Positions 21,030 to 30,629 of a DNA stretch of 64,000 nt are shown here, in pieces. The position numbers and the translations under genes are program-made. A model generated the notes under the pieces. The model saw only the letters and a list, made by a program, of their open reading frames with translations. It was not told the origin of the DNA and did not search any database. Origin of the DNA: Spirochaetia bacterium (lineage in GTDB: Bacteria; Spirochaetota; Spirochaetia; SZUA-6; Bin103); the NCBI GenBank assembly GCA_965199955.1, contig CBDATQ010000002.1, positions 1,376,001 through 1,440,000 of the forward strand, read 5' to 3'. Each line of letters begins with the position of its first letter. Positions within the stretch are counted from its first letter, which is position 1.

Positions 21030-21387
21030 GACTTGTGCTGAATCCGATCGTGTTGAGCTCGCTGTCGGCGAGCTCGCCTTCGGAGCGGCCGCCATAGAAA
21101 CTCCTCCGCGTCCGCGACCCGGGACGGGTTGCTCAGTTCGTCGACGCGGGTGCCGTCGGGATAGTAGGTCACGACCATCGCCTCGCGCATCTGCGGTGGG
21201 AGCCGACGACGAAGCGCATCGCGCCCATCTCCTCCGTGCAGTCGACCAGCGGCGTCCACAAGCCTACCGCCCGGTCGGTGGCCACCGGCCAGTAGTACTG
21301 GTCTACTATGAATCCGTCCTGCCAGAACCGCGCTACCTGCTCTTCGGAGACGGCGTACTCGGAATCCAGCGGCGGCAGGTACTTCAT
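21030..21387 (-). pseudogene. PhyH-family remnant with two internal deletions
   Basis: MKYLPPLDSEY...FWQDGFI | DQYYWP...MGAMRFVVGSHR | MREAMVVTYYPDG; both His-ligand segments are lost. Confidence 0.75.
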
Positions 21388-21433
21388 CGAGGGCAACGCG
21401 CTGACCGGCATGAAGGGCTGAGCCGGCGCGGAT

Positions 21434-21468
21434 GGTCCCCCGCGCAGGCGATCCTGCTGCGGGGGACC
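21434..21468 (-). terminator. GC-rich stem-loop downstream of the SBP gene
   Basis: GGTCCCCCGC-GCAGG...CCTGC-T-GCGGGGGACC; no U-tract. Confidence 0.6.
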
Positions 21469-21488
21469 GATCGCACGCGTCGCTCGCT

Positions 21489-23024
21489 CTAGCGGCTGTC
21501 CTGGTAGCGCTGCTCGGCGGCGTTGTGGATCTCCTCCAGGCGCATGCCCTCGGGCTTGATCTGTGCGACCAGCTCGTCCCATTCCGCCAGGCTCATGTCG
21601 CCCAGGATCACCTTGTCGATGGCGGCGTGTACGATCGTGTTCAGATCCGCCGTCAGGTTGGTGATCTGCTCACGCTCGTCCGCGTTGAACGGGGCCACCA
21701 CCTTCGGGTCGTCCCAGTTCCCGCTCGCCTCCATCTCCAGGTACCAGTTGATCTGGTACTCGGGCCAGTTCATCCGGTACAGGCGCATGTCGATGTAGGG
21801 CGTGAAGGCGCTGTAGGCGCCGGTGCCGACCTCGTTCATGAACTTGTCGATCAGGTAGGCGCCGGTCTCGCTGGTGTACTGGGCCCGCATCTCGTCCGTG
21901 AACTTGTAGTCGTCGCCGTCGCGCACCCAGTGCACGCCCTCGAGCCCGAACGCCTTCATCTCGGCGAACTCCGGGGTGTAGGCGTAGTTGAAGAAGCGGG
22001 CGATCGCGTCCTGGTTCTCCGTCTTCTGGCCGACGGCCCACATCTGGCTCCACACCTCTTCCTCGTAGAACAGCGAGCGGCGGTTGCCGGTGGAGTTGGC
22101 CAGCACCTCGGTCGGCGCCCACCAGGCGTCCGGATTGACCGGCACGATGGCGTCGTTGGCGCGCTTGCCGTAGGTCGGGTTGTCGTAGAAGAAGAAGCTC
22201 TTGCCGGCCGCCTGCTTCTCCCGCCACTGCGTGGTGGTCAGGGTGGCGAAATCCGGATCCAGGATGCCGTCCACGTAGGCGGTGTGCAGGTACTCCAGCA
22301 GTTCGCGGTACCGCGCCTGGATCGGGCCGTACGCCCAGCGCCCGCCGTCCAGGTCGGGGTCGTAGTACATGTCGCCGCCGGTGCCGAACGCGTAGGAGAC
22401 GTTGCGCACCAGGCTGCGCCCGCCGCCGCGCGTGGTCCACGTGTGGCTCTCGGGATACGCCGCCTTGATGGCGGTGAGCACGTCGTAGAGCTCGTCGAAG
22501 CTCTGCGGCTGCTCCAGCCCCAGGTCCTCGACGACGTCGGTGCGGATCACGCTGATGATGCCGCGGTGGAACTCGAAGTGCTTGGTGGTCGCGAACGCGT
22601 AGTACATGCCGTCGATGGCCGTCTTCTGCACGCGCTCGTTCCCCTCCAGGATGCGCTTGTAGTTGGGCACCATGGTGTCGATCATGTCGTTCAGCGCCAG
22701 GAACACTCCGGTGTCGCCGAACTCGTTCAGGTCGTTGCGGTGCACCCTGAGGATGTCCGGCACGTCGTCGGTGGCGATGAGCGTGCGCTTCTTGGCGTTG
22801 TAGTCGCCGCCGGCGATGGCGGTCAGGTCGAAGCGGATGTTCAGCTTCTCCTCGACGGCGTCGATCACGGCCGAGTCGACGTTGATCGGCGCGGTTCCGC
22901 GGTCCGACAGGACCACCGTGAGCACGGTGGGCTCCATGGACATGGCTTCTTCGGCCGCGGGAGCGGCGAACGCGCCGCCGGCGGCCAGCAGCCCCACGGC
23001 GCAGAGGATGGTCAGTCTCTTCAT
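21489..23024 (-). CDS. Carbohydrate ABC transporter substrate-binding protein (LplA-like)
   Basis: Signal peptide; ATDDVPD, IRTD...LGLEQPQSFDELYDVL, DGILDPDF, FGLEGVHW. Confidence 0.9.
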   Translation of the reverse strand: MKRLTILCAVGLLAAGGAFAAPAAEEAMSMEPTVLTVVLSDRGTAPINVDSAVIDAVEEKLNIRFDLTAIAGGDYNAKKRTLIATDDVPDILRVHRNDLNEFGDTGVFLALNDMIDTMVPNYKRILEGNERVQKTAIDGMYYAFATTKHFEFHRGIISVIRTDVVEDLGLEQPQSFDELYDVLTAIKAAYPESHTWTTRGGGRSLVRNVSYAFGTGGDMYYDPDLDGGRWAYGPIQARYRELLEYLHTAYVDGILDPDFATLTTTQWREKQAAGKSFFFYDNPTYGKRANDAIVPVNPDAWWAPTEVLANSTGNRRSLFYEEEVWSQMWAVGQKTENQDAIARFFNYAYTPEFAEMKAFGLEGVHWVRDGDDYKFTDEMRAQYTSETGAYLIDKFMNEVGTGAYSAFTPYIDMRLYRMNWPEYQINWYLEMEASGNWDDPKVVAPFNADEREQITNLTADLNTIVHAAIDKVILGDMSLAEWDELVAQIKPEGMRLEEIHNAAEQRYQDSR

Positions 23025-23067
23025 CAGAGAACCTCCAGTTGAGTTGTCCGGCCGGCAGCGGCCGGGG

Positions 23068-23952
23068 TCAGCCTTTCAGGCTGCCGATCATCATACCCTT
23101 CACGAAGTAGCGCTGCAGGAACGGGTAGAGCAGCAGGATCGGCACCGTCGACACCATGATGATCGCGTACTTAACGGTGGTGTCGACGATGCGCTCGTCG
23201 TCCTGAAACTCGACCTGCATGTTGGCCACGTCGCCCTCGATCACCATGGCGCGCAGGATGAGCTGGATCGGGAACCGCTCCCGGTCGCTCAGGTAGATCA
23301 GCGCCGGGAAGAAGCTGTTCCAGTGCTGGACAGCGTAGAACAGCGTCATGGTCGCCAGGATCGGCGTGGAGATGGGCAGCACGACGCGCAGGAAGATCTG
23401 GATGTCGTTGGCACCGTCCAGGTACGCCGAGTCGTTGAGCTCCTCGGGGATGTTCTGGAAGAAGGTGCGCATGATGATCATGTAGTAGGTGACCACGGCG
23501 GTCGGCAGCACCAGCGCCCAGATGGTGTCCAGCATGCTCAGGCTACGCACCATCAGGTACAGCGGGATCAGGCCGCTCTTGAAGAACATGGTGGCGACCA
23601 CGAAGCCGGTCAGGAAGCGCCGGCCGTAGAAGAACTTCATCGCCAGCGGGTAGGCGCAGAGGGCGGACATGGACACGTTCACGGCGGTGCCCACGAACGT
23701 GTACCAGACGGTGTTGCGGAAGGAGCCGAGCACGTAGGGCGCTTCCAGCACGGCGCGGTACGACTCCAGGTTGAGGCCGACCGGCCACCAGTGCACCTCG
23801 CCGCGGATCACGGCGTGCCCGTGCGAGAGCGACACGATGCCCACGTAGTAGAGCGGGTAGAGGGTGACGAAGGCGAGTACCAGGAGCAGCAGCGTGTTGC
23901 AGACGTCGAACACGCGGTCGGCGGGCGTGGTGGCGCGCGCGATCCCTACCAC
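23068..23952 (-). CDS. Carbohydrate ABC permease (LplC-like)
   Basis: IPEELNDSAYLDGA EAA-like loop; YPFLQRYFVKG..IGSLKG. Confidence 0.92.
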   Translation of the reverse strand: MVGIARATTPADRVFDVCNTLLLLVLAFVTLYPLYYVGIVSLSHGHAVIRGEVHWWPVGLNLESYRAVLEAPYVLGSFRNTVWYTFVGTAVNVSMSALCAYPLAMKFFYGRRFLTGFVVATMFFKSGLIPLYLMVRSLSMLDTIWALVLPTAVVTYYMIIMRTFFQNIPEELNDSAYLDGANDIQIFLRVVLPISTPILATMTLFYAVQHWNSFFPALIYLSDRERFPIQLILRAMVIEGDVANMQVEFQDDERIVDTTVKYAIIMVSTVPILLLYPFLQRYFVKGMMIGSLKG

Positions 23953-24902
23953 AGGCTGGTCTCCCCGAGCGAGCGGCTGATGCGGTTGGCCGACACCACG
24001 AAGGCGATGCCGATCACGGACGTGAACAGCCCCACCGCGGTCGCATAGGAGAAGTCGGACTCGATCAGGCCGCGGCGGTAGACGTAGGTGGCGATGACGT
24101 CGGCGGTCTCGTAGGTGGCGCCGGTGTAGAGCAGGATGATCTTCTGGTAGCCGACCTCCATGATCCGCCCCAGGGCCAGGATGAACAGGATGACCACCGT
24201 CGGCAGGATCCCGGGCCAGGTCACGTGGCGGAGCTGCCGCCAGCGCCCGGCGCCGTCCAGGGAGGCGGCCTCGTAGAGCTGCGGATCGACGTTGGTCAGG
24301 GCCGCCAGGTAGATGATCGAGCCCCAGCCGACGTGCTGCCAGATGTCGCTGGCGATGTAGATGGGCCGGAACCACTCCGGGCGCACCAGGAAGGCTGTGC
24401 GCTGGAAGCCCAGGAAGGCCAGGAAGTTGTTCACCACACCCTCGGTGGAGACGAAGTTGACGATCATCCCGCAGATCACCACCAGCGAGATGAAGTGCGG
24501 CATGTACGTGATCGACTGGATCGCGCGCTTGAAGGCGATCGCGCGCACCTCGTTGAGCATCATCGCCAGGACGATCGGCGCCGGGAAGCCGACCGCCAAG
24601 CCGAGCACCTGGATCAGCACCGTGTTGCGCACGAGCGTCCAGAAGTAGGGGTCGGTCAGGTACTGCTCGAAGTGCTTGAAGCCGATGCCGGGGGCGGAGA
24701 GTATGGCGCTCAGCCCTCGGAACACCTTGATCTCCTTGAAGGCGATCAGCACCCCGTACATGGGCGCGTACTCGAACAGCACGTAGAACAGGAACGGCGC
24801 CGCGAACATCAGGTACAGGTACCGCGACCGGTGCAGCTTGCGACGGATCGACACGGACGGCACCGAGCGGACCCTGTCCGCTGTGCTGACGCTGTTGCCC
24901 AT
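23946..24902 (-). CDS. Carbohydrate ABC permease (LplB-like)
   Basis: YMPHFIS, GWGSIIYLAAL, LYEAASLDGAGRW; TATACT box upstream. Confidence 0.92.
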   Translation of the reverse strand: MGNSVSTADRVRSVPSVSIRRKLHRSRYLYLMFAAPFLFYVLFEYAPMYGVLIAFKEIKVFRGLSAILSAPGIGFKHFEQYLTDPYFWTLVRNTVLIQVLGLAVGFPAPIVLAMMLNEVRAIAFKRAIQSITYMPHFISLVVICGMIVNFVSTEGVVNNFLAFLGFQRTAFLVRPEWFRPIYIASDIWQHVGWGSIIYLAALTNVDPQLYEAASLDGAGRWRQLRHVTWPGILPTVVILFILALGRIMEVGYQKIILLYTGATYETADVIATYVYRRGLIESDFSYATAVGLFTSVIGIAFVVSANRISRSLGETSLW

Positions 24903-24979
24903 GGCTCGGCGGGAGTATAGCAAGGGGCCACTGGACCCGGACCGTCCGAAAACGGTCACATAGCGGGGGAGGCGACCGG

Positions 24980-25792
24980 ATGAGCAGTCTGACACTACGC
25001 GACCATCTCTGGCTCTGGGGCATGAAGGTGAATGTCCTGCAGGAGCTCGAGGCCTATCCGTTCCGGGAGGAGACCTCGACCCTGACCACCCAGCAGGCGA
25101 TCGAGCGGACGGGGATCCGCAACGTGCTCATCGCCGGCCACCTGCCGCTGACGAAGGAGACGATGACCGAGCTCCCCGCGGCCAGGCGCATCATAGCCAA
25201 GTGGGGGATGCACGAGATGGTGGACGGCAGGTTCCGGGTCGTCTACGAACGGGCTTTGAGCGCACTGCTGCAGGCCAAGGAGCTGGCCGCGGAGGACCCG
25301 CGCATCGAGTCGTTCCTGCTCGACGACTTCTCGACCGGCACCGTCGAGGGCGGCGTGACGCCGCAGCACCTGGCGGACCTGCAGTTCGAAAACGCAGCGC
25401 GCCCGCCGCAGTTGCCGCTGATGGCCACGTTCTACGAGATGTCGCTCGACGACGATCGGCAGCTTCCGCTGCTGCCGTACTTCGCGGGCTTCCTCAACCC
25501 GCTCTGGCACGCCGCGAACATCGAAGAGCAGAAGGGCTACGCCGTGCGCCTGGGCCGCCTGACCGGCAACAAGCCGCTCCTGATGTGCATCTACGTCTAC
25601 GACTTCGGCAACCAGCGGAAGCTGTCCTACGCCGGGATGCGCCGCCAGCTCGAGGTATGCGAGGAGATGATCCGCGAGCGGAGTGTCTACGGCGTCGTCA
25701 TCCTGGGCACCTGCATGCTCGACCTCGACTGGGAGTCGAACCGGGCCCTGTACGACTGGCTGGACGAGCGCGGCGGCGTGAAGATCGAGTGA
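24980..25792 (+). CDS. Uncharacterised 270-aa protein (possible TIM-barrel), copy 1
   Basis: GGAGG SD; LRDHLWLWG, FLLDDF, YVYDFG. Confidence 0.8.
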   Translation: MSSLTLRDHLWLWGMKVNVLQELEAYPFREETSTLTTQQAIERTGIRNVLIAGHLPLTKETMTELPAARRIIAKWGMHEMVDGRFRVVYERALSALLQAKELAAEDPRIESFLLDDFSTGTVEGGVTPQHLADLQFENAARPPQLPLMATFYEMSLDDDRQLPLLPYFAGFLNPLWHAANIEEQKGYAVRLGRLTGNKPLLMCIYVYDFGNQRKLSYAGMRRQLEVCEEMIRERSVYGVVILGTCMLDLDWESNRALYDWLDERGGVKIE

Positions 25793-25796
25793 CCGC

Positions 25797-26300
25797 TCAG
25801 ACGGGCTGGATCATCTCGTATTCGGCAAGGTCAGGATCGTTCGGATAGGGCTGAGTGCCTCCGGTGAACGCGAACCCCAGGGCCCGATAGAAGCCGATCG
25901 CGGAGTCGTTGTTGGACGTCACCGTCAGGCGCACATCGCGCACTCCCTTGGCGCGCGCCCAATCCCCGACGGTGTCGACCAGGTCACGGCCGACGCCGGC
26001 CCGCCGGTGCGTCGGCGCCACCCACATCGCCACCAGATGCGCCCGCACAGAGTCCTCGCGGTCCAGGAAGCAGCCGACCATGCCGCACGGCGCGCCGGCG
26101 TCCATCGCCAGGAACGACGCCGCGCGCTCGCCGTTCCACTCCTCGGCGCGCCGCCGCCAGTCGTCGTCGGTGAGCCGGGCAGTCTGGGCGTACGTGGATC
26201 CGAACGCGGTTGGAGCATCCTGCAGCGCGCGAAGCCGTACAGCCTTGAACACGAGCGCGTTCCGCCGGGTGATCGGTTCGATCGAGACCGTGCTGCCCAT
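25797..26300 (-). CDS. GNAT acetyltransferase
   Basis: RLRALQDAPTAFGS, MWVAPTHRRAGVG, NDSAIGFYRALGF; TATGGT-6-ATG upstream. Confidence 0.9.
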   Translation of the reverse strand: MGSTVSIEPITRRNALVFKAVRLRALQDAPTAFGSTYAQTARLTDDDWRRRAEEWNGERAASFLAMDAGAPCGMVGCFLDREDSVRAHLVAMWVAPTHRRAGVGRDLVDTVGDWARAKGVRDVRLTVTSNNDSAIGFYRALGFAFTGGTQPYPNDPDLAEYEMIQPV

Positions 26301-26336
26301 TCGGGTACCATAGCAGTACACGATGGAGGCGACCCG

Positions 26337-27149
26337 ATGAGCAGTCTGACACTACGCGACCATCTCTGGCTCTGGGGCATGAAGGTGAATGTCCTGCAGG
26401 AGCTCGAGGCCTATCCGTTCCGGGAGGAGACCTCGACCCTGACCACCCAGCAGGCGATCGAGCGGACGGGGATCCGCAACGTGCTCATCGCCGGCCACCT
26501 GCCGCTGACGAAGGAGACGATGACCGAGCTCCCCGCGGCCAGGCGCATCATAGCCAAGTGGGGGATGCACGAGATGGTGGACGGCAGGTTCCGGGTCGTC
26601 TACGAACGGGCTTTGAGCGCACTGCTGCAGGCCAAGGAGCTGGCCGCGGAGGACCCGCGCATCGAGTCGTTCCTGCTCGACGACTTCTCGACCGGCACCG
26701 TCGAGGGCGGCGTGACGCCGCAGCACCTGGCGGACCTGCAGTTCGAAAACGCAGCGCGCCCGCCGCAGTTGCCGCTGATGGCCACGTTCTACGAGATGTC
26801 GCTCGACGACGATCGGCAGCTTCCGCTGCTGCCGTACTTCGCGGGCTTCCTCAACCCGCTCTGGCACGCCGCGAACATCGAAGAGCAGAAGGGCTACGCC
26901 GTGCGCCTGGGCCGCCTGACCGGCAACAAGCCGCTCCTGATGTGCATCTACGTCTACGACTTCGGCAACCAGCGGAAGCTGTCCTACGCCGGGATGCGCC
27001 GCCAGCTCGAGGTATGCGAGGAGATGATCCGCGAGCGGAGTGTCTACGGCGTCGTCATCCTGGGCACCTGCATGCTCGACCTCGACTGGGAGTCGAACCG
27101 GGCCCTGTACGACTGGCTGGACGAGCGCGGCGGCGTGAAGATCGAGTGA
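26337..27149 (+). CDS. Uncharacterised 270-aa protein, copy 2 (identical)
   Basis: Translation identical to copy 1; overlapping alternative-frame ORFs are also identical. Confidence 0.8.
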   Translation: MSSLTLRDHLWLWGMKVNVLQELEAYPFREETSTLTTQQAIERTGIRNVLIAGHLPLTKETMTELPAARRIIAKWGMHEMVDGRFRVVYERALSALLQAKELAAEDPRIESFLLDDFSTGTVEGGVTPQHLADLQFENAARPPQLPLMATFYEMSLDDDRQLPLLPYFAGFLNPLWHAANIEEQKGYAVRLGRLTGNKPLLMCIYVYDFGNQRKLSYAGMRRQLEVCEEMIRERSVYGVVILGTCMLDLDWESNRALYDWLDERGGVKIE

Positions 27150-27429
27150 CGGCCATCGCCGGCTGACACCGGCCCGTCCCCGGGCCGCGACTCGCGTATC
27201 TCTCCCGTCATCCAAGCAGTCGATCGTTCGCTCACGAACATCGGCGTAGTCCAGCACGCCCCCGAGCGGTAGGTCGATGACGTGGACCGAAGGCGACACC
27301 GAGGCAGCACCGATCCGCACGCAGCCAGGTGCCGCCCCACGTCCGACACAACCGAGGGAGGTGCCGACGCCATGACACCCATCATTTCGTTCTTCCTTGT
27401 TCTCCGCTCGCTGCCGCAGGCGCGGGCCG

Positions 27430-28091
27430 GCGTACTGAGCGCCGCGGCGGCCGGCGTGAACCGGATCCGTGTGGGACTGGAAGGGTCATACGAGGTGGCC
27501 TTTGGCGGCGGCGCGCGGCTGACGCCTTCCATCGAGGTCGGCGTGCGGCGTGACGGAGGCGACGCGGAGACCGGCTTCGGGATGGACGTCGGCGGGGGCT
27601 TGAGCTTCACGCATCCGGGGATTGGCCTCTCGCTGGGGATGAAGGGGCGAGCGCTGGTGCTGCGCGAGACCGCCGACGTGGCGGAGTGGGGCGCGAGCGG
27701 CTGGCTGGCGTGGGACCCGAACCCGGGATCGGAGCTGGGACCGGCGCTGTCGGTGAGCCCGTCGATCGGCGCGAGCGCGGAAGGCGGAGCGGCGGCCCTG
27801 AGGAGCCGCGGGACGCTGGCCGGGCTGGACCGCGATCCGATAGACGTGAGCGGCACCGGACGCGTCGATGCCAGATTCGGCGACGGGCTGGGTCTGAGGG
27901 GAGGCGTGGGAACGCCGTGGGCCGGCATGGGACTCTCGGAGCGCGAACGGGAATACCGGCTGGGCTACGCGTTCCACGCCGGCGACCCGTCGGGCGCGGA
28001 CCTGCGGATCGAGCTGGTCGCCGCCCGCCGTGAGCCTGTCAACACCGAGCCCGAGCACACTCTCTCCGTCCAGTCGACGGTGAGCTGGTAG
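27430..28091 (+). pseudogene. Autotransporter-like beta-barrel C-terminal remnant
   Basis: RIRVGLEGS...LTPSIEVGVRRDGGDAETGFGMDVGGGL...terminal W; no passenger domain or signal peptide. Confidence 0.7.
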
Positions 28092-28110
28092 ACATACCGA
28101 GATCGAGAGC

Positions 28111-28171
28111 GACGCGCGGTCGCTCGCCGGCTGGTCCAACCGACGCCAGTCCGGCGAGCGGCCGCCGCGTC
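28111..28171. terminator. Long imperfect hairpin (~24-bp stem)
   Basis: GACGCGCGGTCGCTCGCCGGCTGG pairs with CCAGTCCGGCGAGCGGCCGCCGCGTC. Confidence 0.55.
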
Positions 28172-28199
28172 AACCTCGCGGAGAACCCGCCAACGGGAT

Positions 28200-28292
28200 A
28201 GGATGAATGCGGTCCTCTGCCACTTCGAAGAAGACGACGTGCCGCGCGTGATCAGATTGCATCTCGTCAGAGAGGAAGCCATCGCGGTATGA
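28200..28292 (+). pseudogene. HicB-like antitoxin C-terminal remnant
   Basis: AVLCHFEEDDVPRVIRLHLVREEAIAV-stop, with ATGA overlap to hicA. Confidence 0.65.
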
Positions 28293-28526
28293 GGTTGCCG
28301 CGCGACGTCTCAGGCAGCGAGGTCGCCAGGTTGCTTGCTCGTCATTACGGCTACCGAGTCACTCGGACCCGCGGCAGCCACATGACGGTGGCGCTAACGG
28401 TCGGCAGTAACACTCACCGCTCTGCATGGCGACGTCCGGGTCGGAACGCTCGACGCAATACTCGGCGACGTGGCGGAGTTCTATGGCCTGCCCAAGCACG
28501 AAGTGCGCGAAACCCTCTTCGGCTGA
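28289..28526 (+). pseudogene. hicA: HicA toxin, frameshifted by a small deletion
   Basis: MRLPRDVSG...RTRGSHM; the tail LHGDVRVGTLDAILGDVA...LFG is in another frame. Confidence 0.8.
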
Positions 28527-28566
28527 TGACTCAGGGTTCCGCGGTTGATAGACCGAGTATAGGTTC

Positions 28567-30591
28567 GTGAGCGAAACGCACATACTCTGGGACTCCTACG
28601 GCATCCCGCACATCTTTGCGCCCGATCACCGCAGGCTGTTCTACGCCTACGGCTACGCACAGATGGAGGCTCACGGAGAACTGCTGACACGCCTCTACGC
28701 GCAGGGGCGGGGACGCGCTGCCGAGTTCTACGGCGCCGCTTGGCTGGACGATGACCGCTGGGTCCGGATCAACGCGATCCCGCAGTGCGCCGCGCGCTGG
28801 GCCGCGCAACAGAGTGCGGGGTTCGCGCCGTTGCTGCGCGCCTTCGTCGCCGGCCTGAACGCGTCGGCGGCCTCGCAGGCCGACTCTCTCAGCACGGCCG
28901 CCCGCGGCGTGCTGCCGTTCACCATCGCGGACGTGCTCGCCCACACGATGCGCGTCATCAACGTCGAGTGTCATGCGAGCCGCCAACGGGTGGCGTCCCG
29001 GCTGACCGAGTCGAGCGCGGCACCCAGCGAATCGAACGGCTGGGCGATCGGTCCGTCCAAGTCCGCGTCCGGCAACGTCATGCTGCTGAGCAATTCACAC
29101 CTGCATTGGGGCGACCGGCACACCTACTTCGAGGTGCAGCTCACCGCTCCGGGAGTGACCTCGTACGGCGCGGTCTGGGTCGGGTTCCCGGTCCTGCGCC
29201 AGTGCTTCACCGAGTACCTCGGCTGGACCCAGACCACGAACCCTTCCAACTTGGCCACCCTCTACCGGCTTTCACTAACCGGCAGCGGCTACGAGCTGGA
29301 CGGCGGCATGCAGCCGTTCGACATGGAGCGTCAGGTGCTCAAGGTGCTCCGGGAGGACGGCACGGTGGACTCCGAGCCGTTGACCATTCGCCGCTCTGCA
29401 CACGGTCCGGTAGTGGCGGAGGCAGAGGGCAAGGCCGTGGCGCTGCGGGTCGCCGGCACCGCCCGGCCGCGGATGCTGGAGCAGTTCTGGCGCATGGGCC
29501 TTGCGCGCACCCTGGAACAGTTCCACGCCGCCATGGCCGTGCAGCAGCTCCCGCTGTTCAACACCATGTACGGCGACCGCGACGGGCACATCATGTACCT
29601 GTACAACGCCGCGTTGCCGCTGCGCGAGCCCGCCGACGAGCGCTTCTGGCGCGGCCTGGTGCCGGGCAACGACTCCGCGCTGATCTGGTCGGAGGCGGTG
29701 GTGCCCTACGCGGAGCTGCCCAAGGTGATCGATCCGCCGGGCGGCTGGGTGCAGAACTGCAACGACTCGCCGTGGACCTGCACGCATCCGATGGTGCTGG
29801 ACCCCGCCGACTGGACGCCGCAGATCGCCCCCGAGCCTATGCACACGCCGCGCGCCATGCGCAGCATCCGGCTGCTCTCCCAGGCGGGCAGGATCACCCT
29901 TGCCGACCTCAAGGCGATGAAGCTCTCGACCCGCGTCGAGCTGGCCGACCACTTCGTGGACGACCTGGCCGCGGCTGCAGAGCGGCTCGGCGGCGAGCGG
30001 GCGCGGCGGGCCGCGGGGATCCTGCGGCGCTGGGACCGCGCCACCAACAACGACAGCGCCGGCGCGCTCCTGTTCCACCACTTCCTGGTCGCTGCCGGAG
30101 AGGAGTTCGAGGAGATCGGCGGCCACTGCGTCCCGGCGGACCCGGACCAGCCCCTGACCACGCCACGCGGTTTCGCCACGCCCGAGCGGGCGGTGGCGGC
30201 CTTCGACGCGGCGGCGGAGGACCTGGAGCGTGAATACGGCACCCTGCAGGTGCGCTGGGGCGACGTCGTGCGCCTGCGCCGCAGTTCCCTGGACCTGCCC
30301 GGCAACGGCGCGCCCAGCCAGATGGGGGCGATCCGCACCTCGGGCCTGAGCCCGTTCACGGACGGCACGGCCCAGATCGTCAGCGGCGACACCTTCTACG
30401 CCGTCGTGGAGTTCTCGGACCCGGTCCGCGGCGAAGCCCTGATCGGCTACGGCAACTGGTCACGCGCGGGGTCGAAGCACGTCACCGACCAACTGGAACT
30501 GGCCTCGCAGAAGCGGATGCGACCGATCCAGCGCACGCGCCGCGAGATCGAAGCAGCCCTGGAGTACCGGCAGGAGCTGGAGCCCGACTGA
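28567..30591 (+). CDS. Penicillin/AHL/cephalosporin acylase-family Ntn hydrolase
   Basis: WDSYGIPHI, YGYAQ, SNGWAIGPSKS.SG..MLL.N.HL (N-terminal nucleophile Ser), QNCN. Confidence 0.92.
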   Translation: MSETHILWDSYGIPHIFAPDHRRLFYAYGYAQMEAHGELLTRLYAQGRGRAAEFYGAAWLDDDRWVRINAIPQCAARWAAQQSAGFAPLLRAFVAGLNASAASQADSLSTAARGVLPFTIADVLAHTMRVINVECHASRQRVASRLTESSAAPSESNGWAIGPSKSASGNVMLLSNSHLHWGDRHTYFEVQLTAPGVTSYGAVWVGFPVLRQCFTEYLGWTQTTNPSNLATLYRLSLTGSGYELDGGMQPFDMERQVLKVLREDGTVDSEPLTIRRSAHGPVVAEAEGKAVALRVAGTARPRMLEQFWRMGLARTLEQFHAAMAVQQLPLFNTMYGDRDGHIMYLYNAALPLREPADERFWRGLVPGNDSALIWSEAVVPYAELPKVIDPPGGWVQNCNDSPWTCTHPMVLDPADWTPQIAPEPMHTPRAMRSIRLLSQAGRITLADLKAMKLSTRVELADHFVDDLAAAAERLGGERARRAAGILRRWDRATNNDSAGALLFHHFLVAAGEEFEEIGGHCVPADPDQPLTTPRGFATPERAVAAFDAAAEDLEREYGTLQVRWGDVVRLRRSSLDLPGNGAPSQMGAIRTSGLSPFTDGTAQIVSGDTFYAVVEFSDPVRGEALIGYGNWSRAGSKHVTDQLELASQKRMRPIQRTRREIEAALEYRQELEPD

Positions 30592-30629
30592 CGCTTCACG
30601 GGAGCCGGCCTCGTCGGTACCCTCGCCAC

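Larger units (their letters stand above)
24979..27150 (+). repeat. Direct repeat of ~815 bp (24979-25793 and 26336-27150) flanking the GNAT gene
   Basis: Offset 1357 nt; no mismatch seen from GATGAGC to GAGTGAC. Confidence 0.92.

Noticed and set aside
17337..23042. Very long antisense and alternative-frame ORFs (e.g. 17337-19502, 18887-21031, 21432-23042)
   Set aside because: They shadow motif-bearing genes and are Arg/Ala/Pro/Gly-rich, as expected from stop-codon scarcity at high GC.
24979..27150. Composite transposon carrying the GNAT gene
   Set aside because: The repeats encode no transposase and have no terminal IRs or target duplication.
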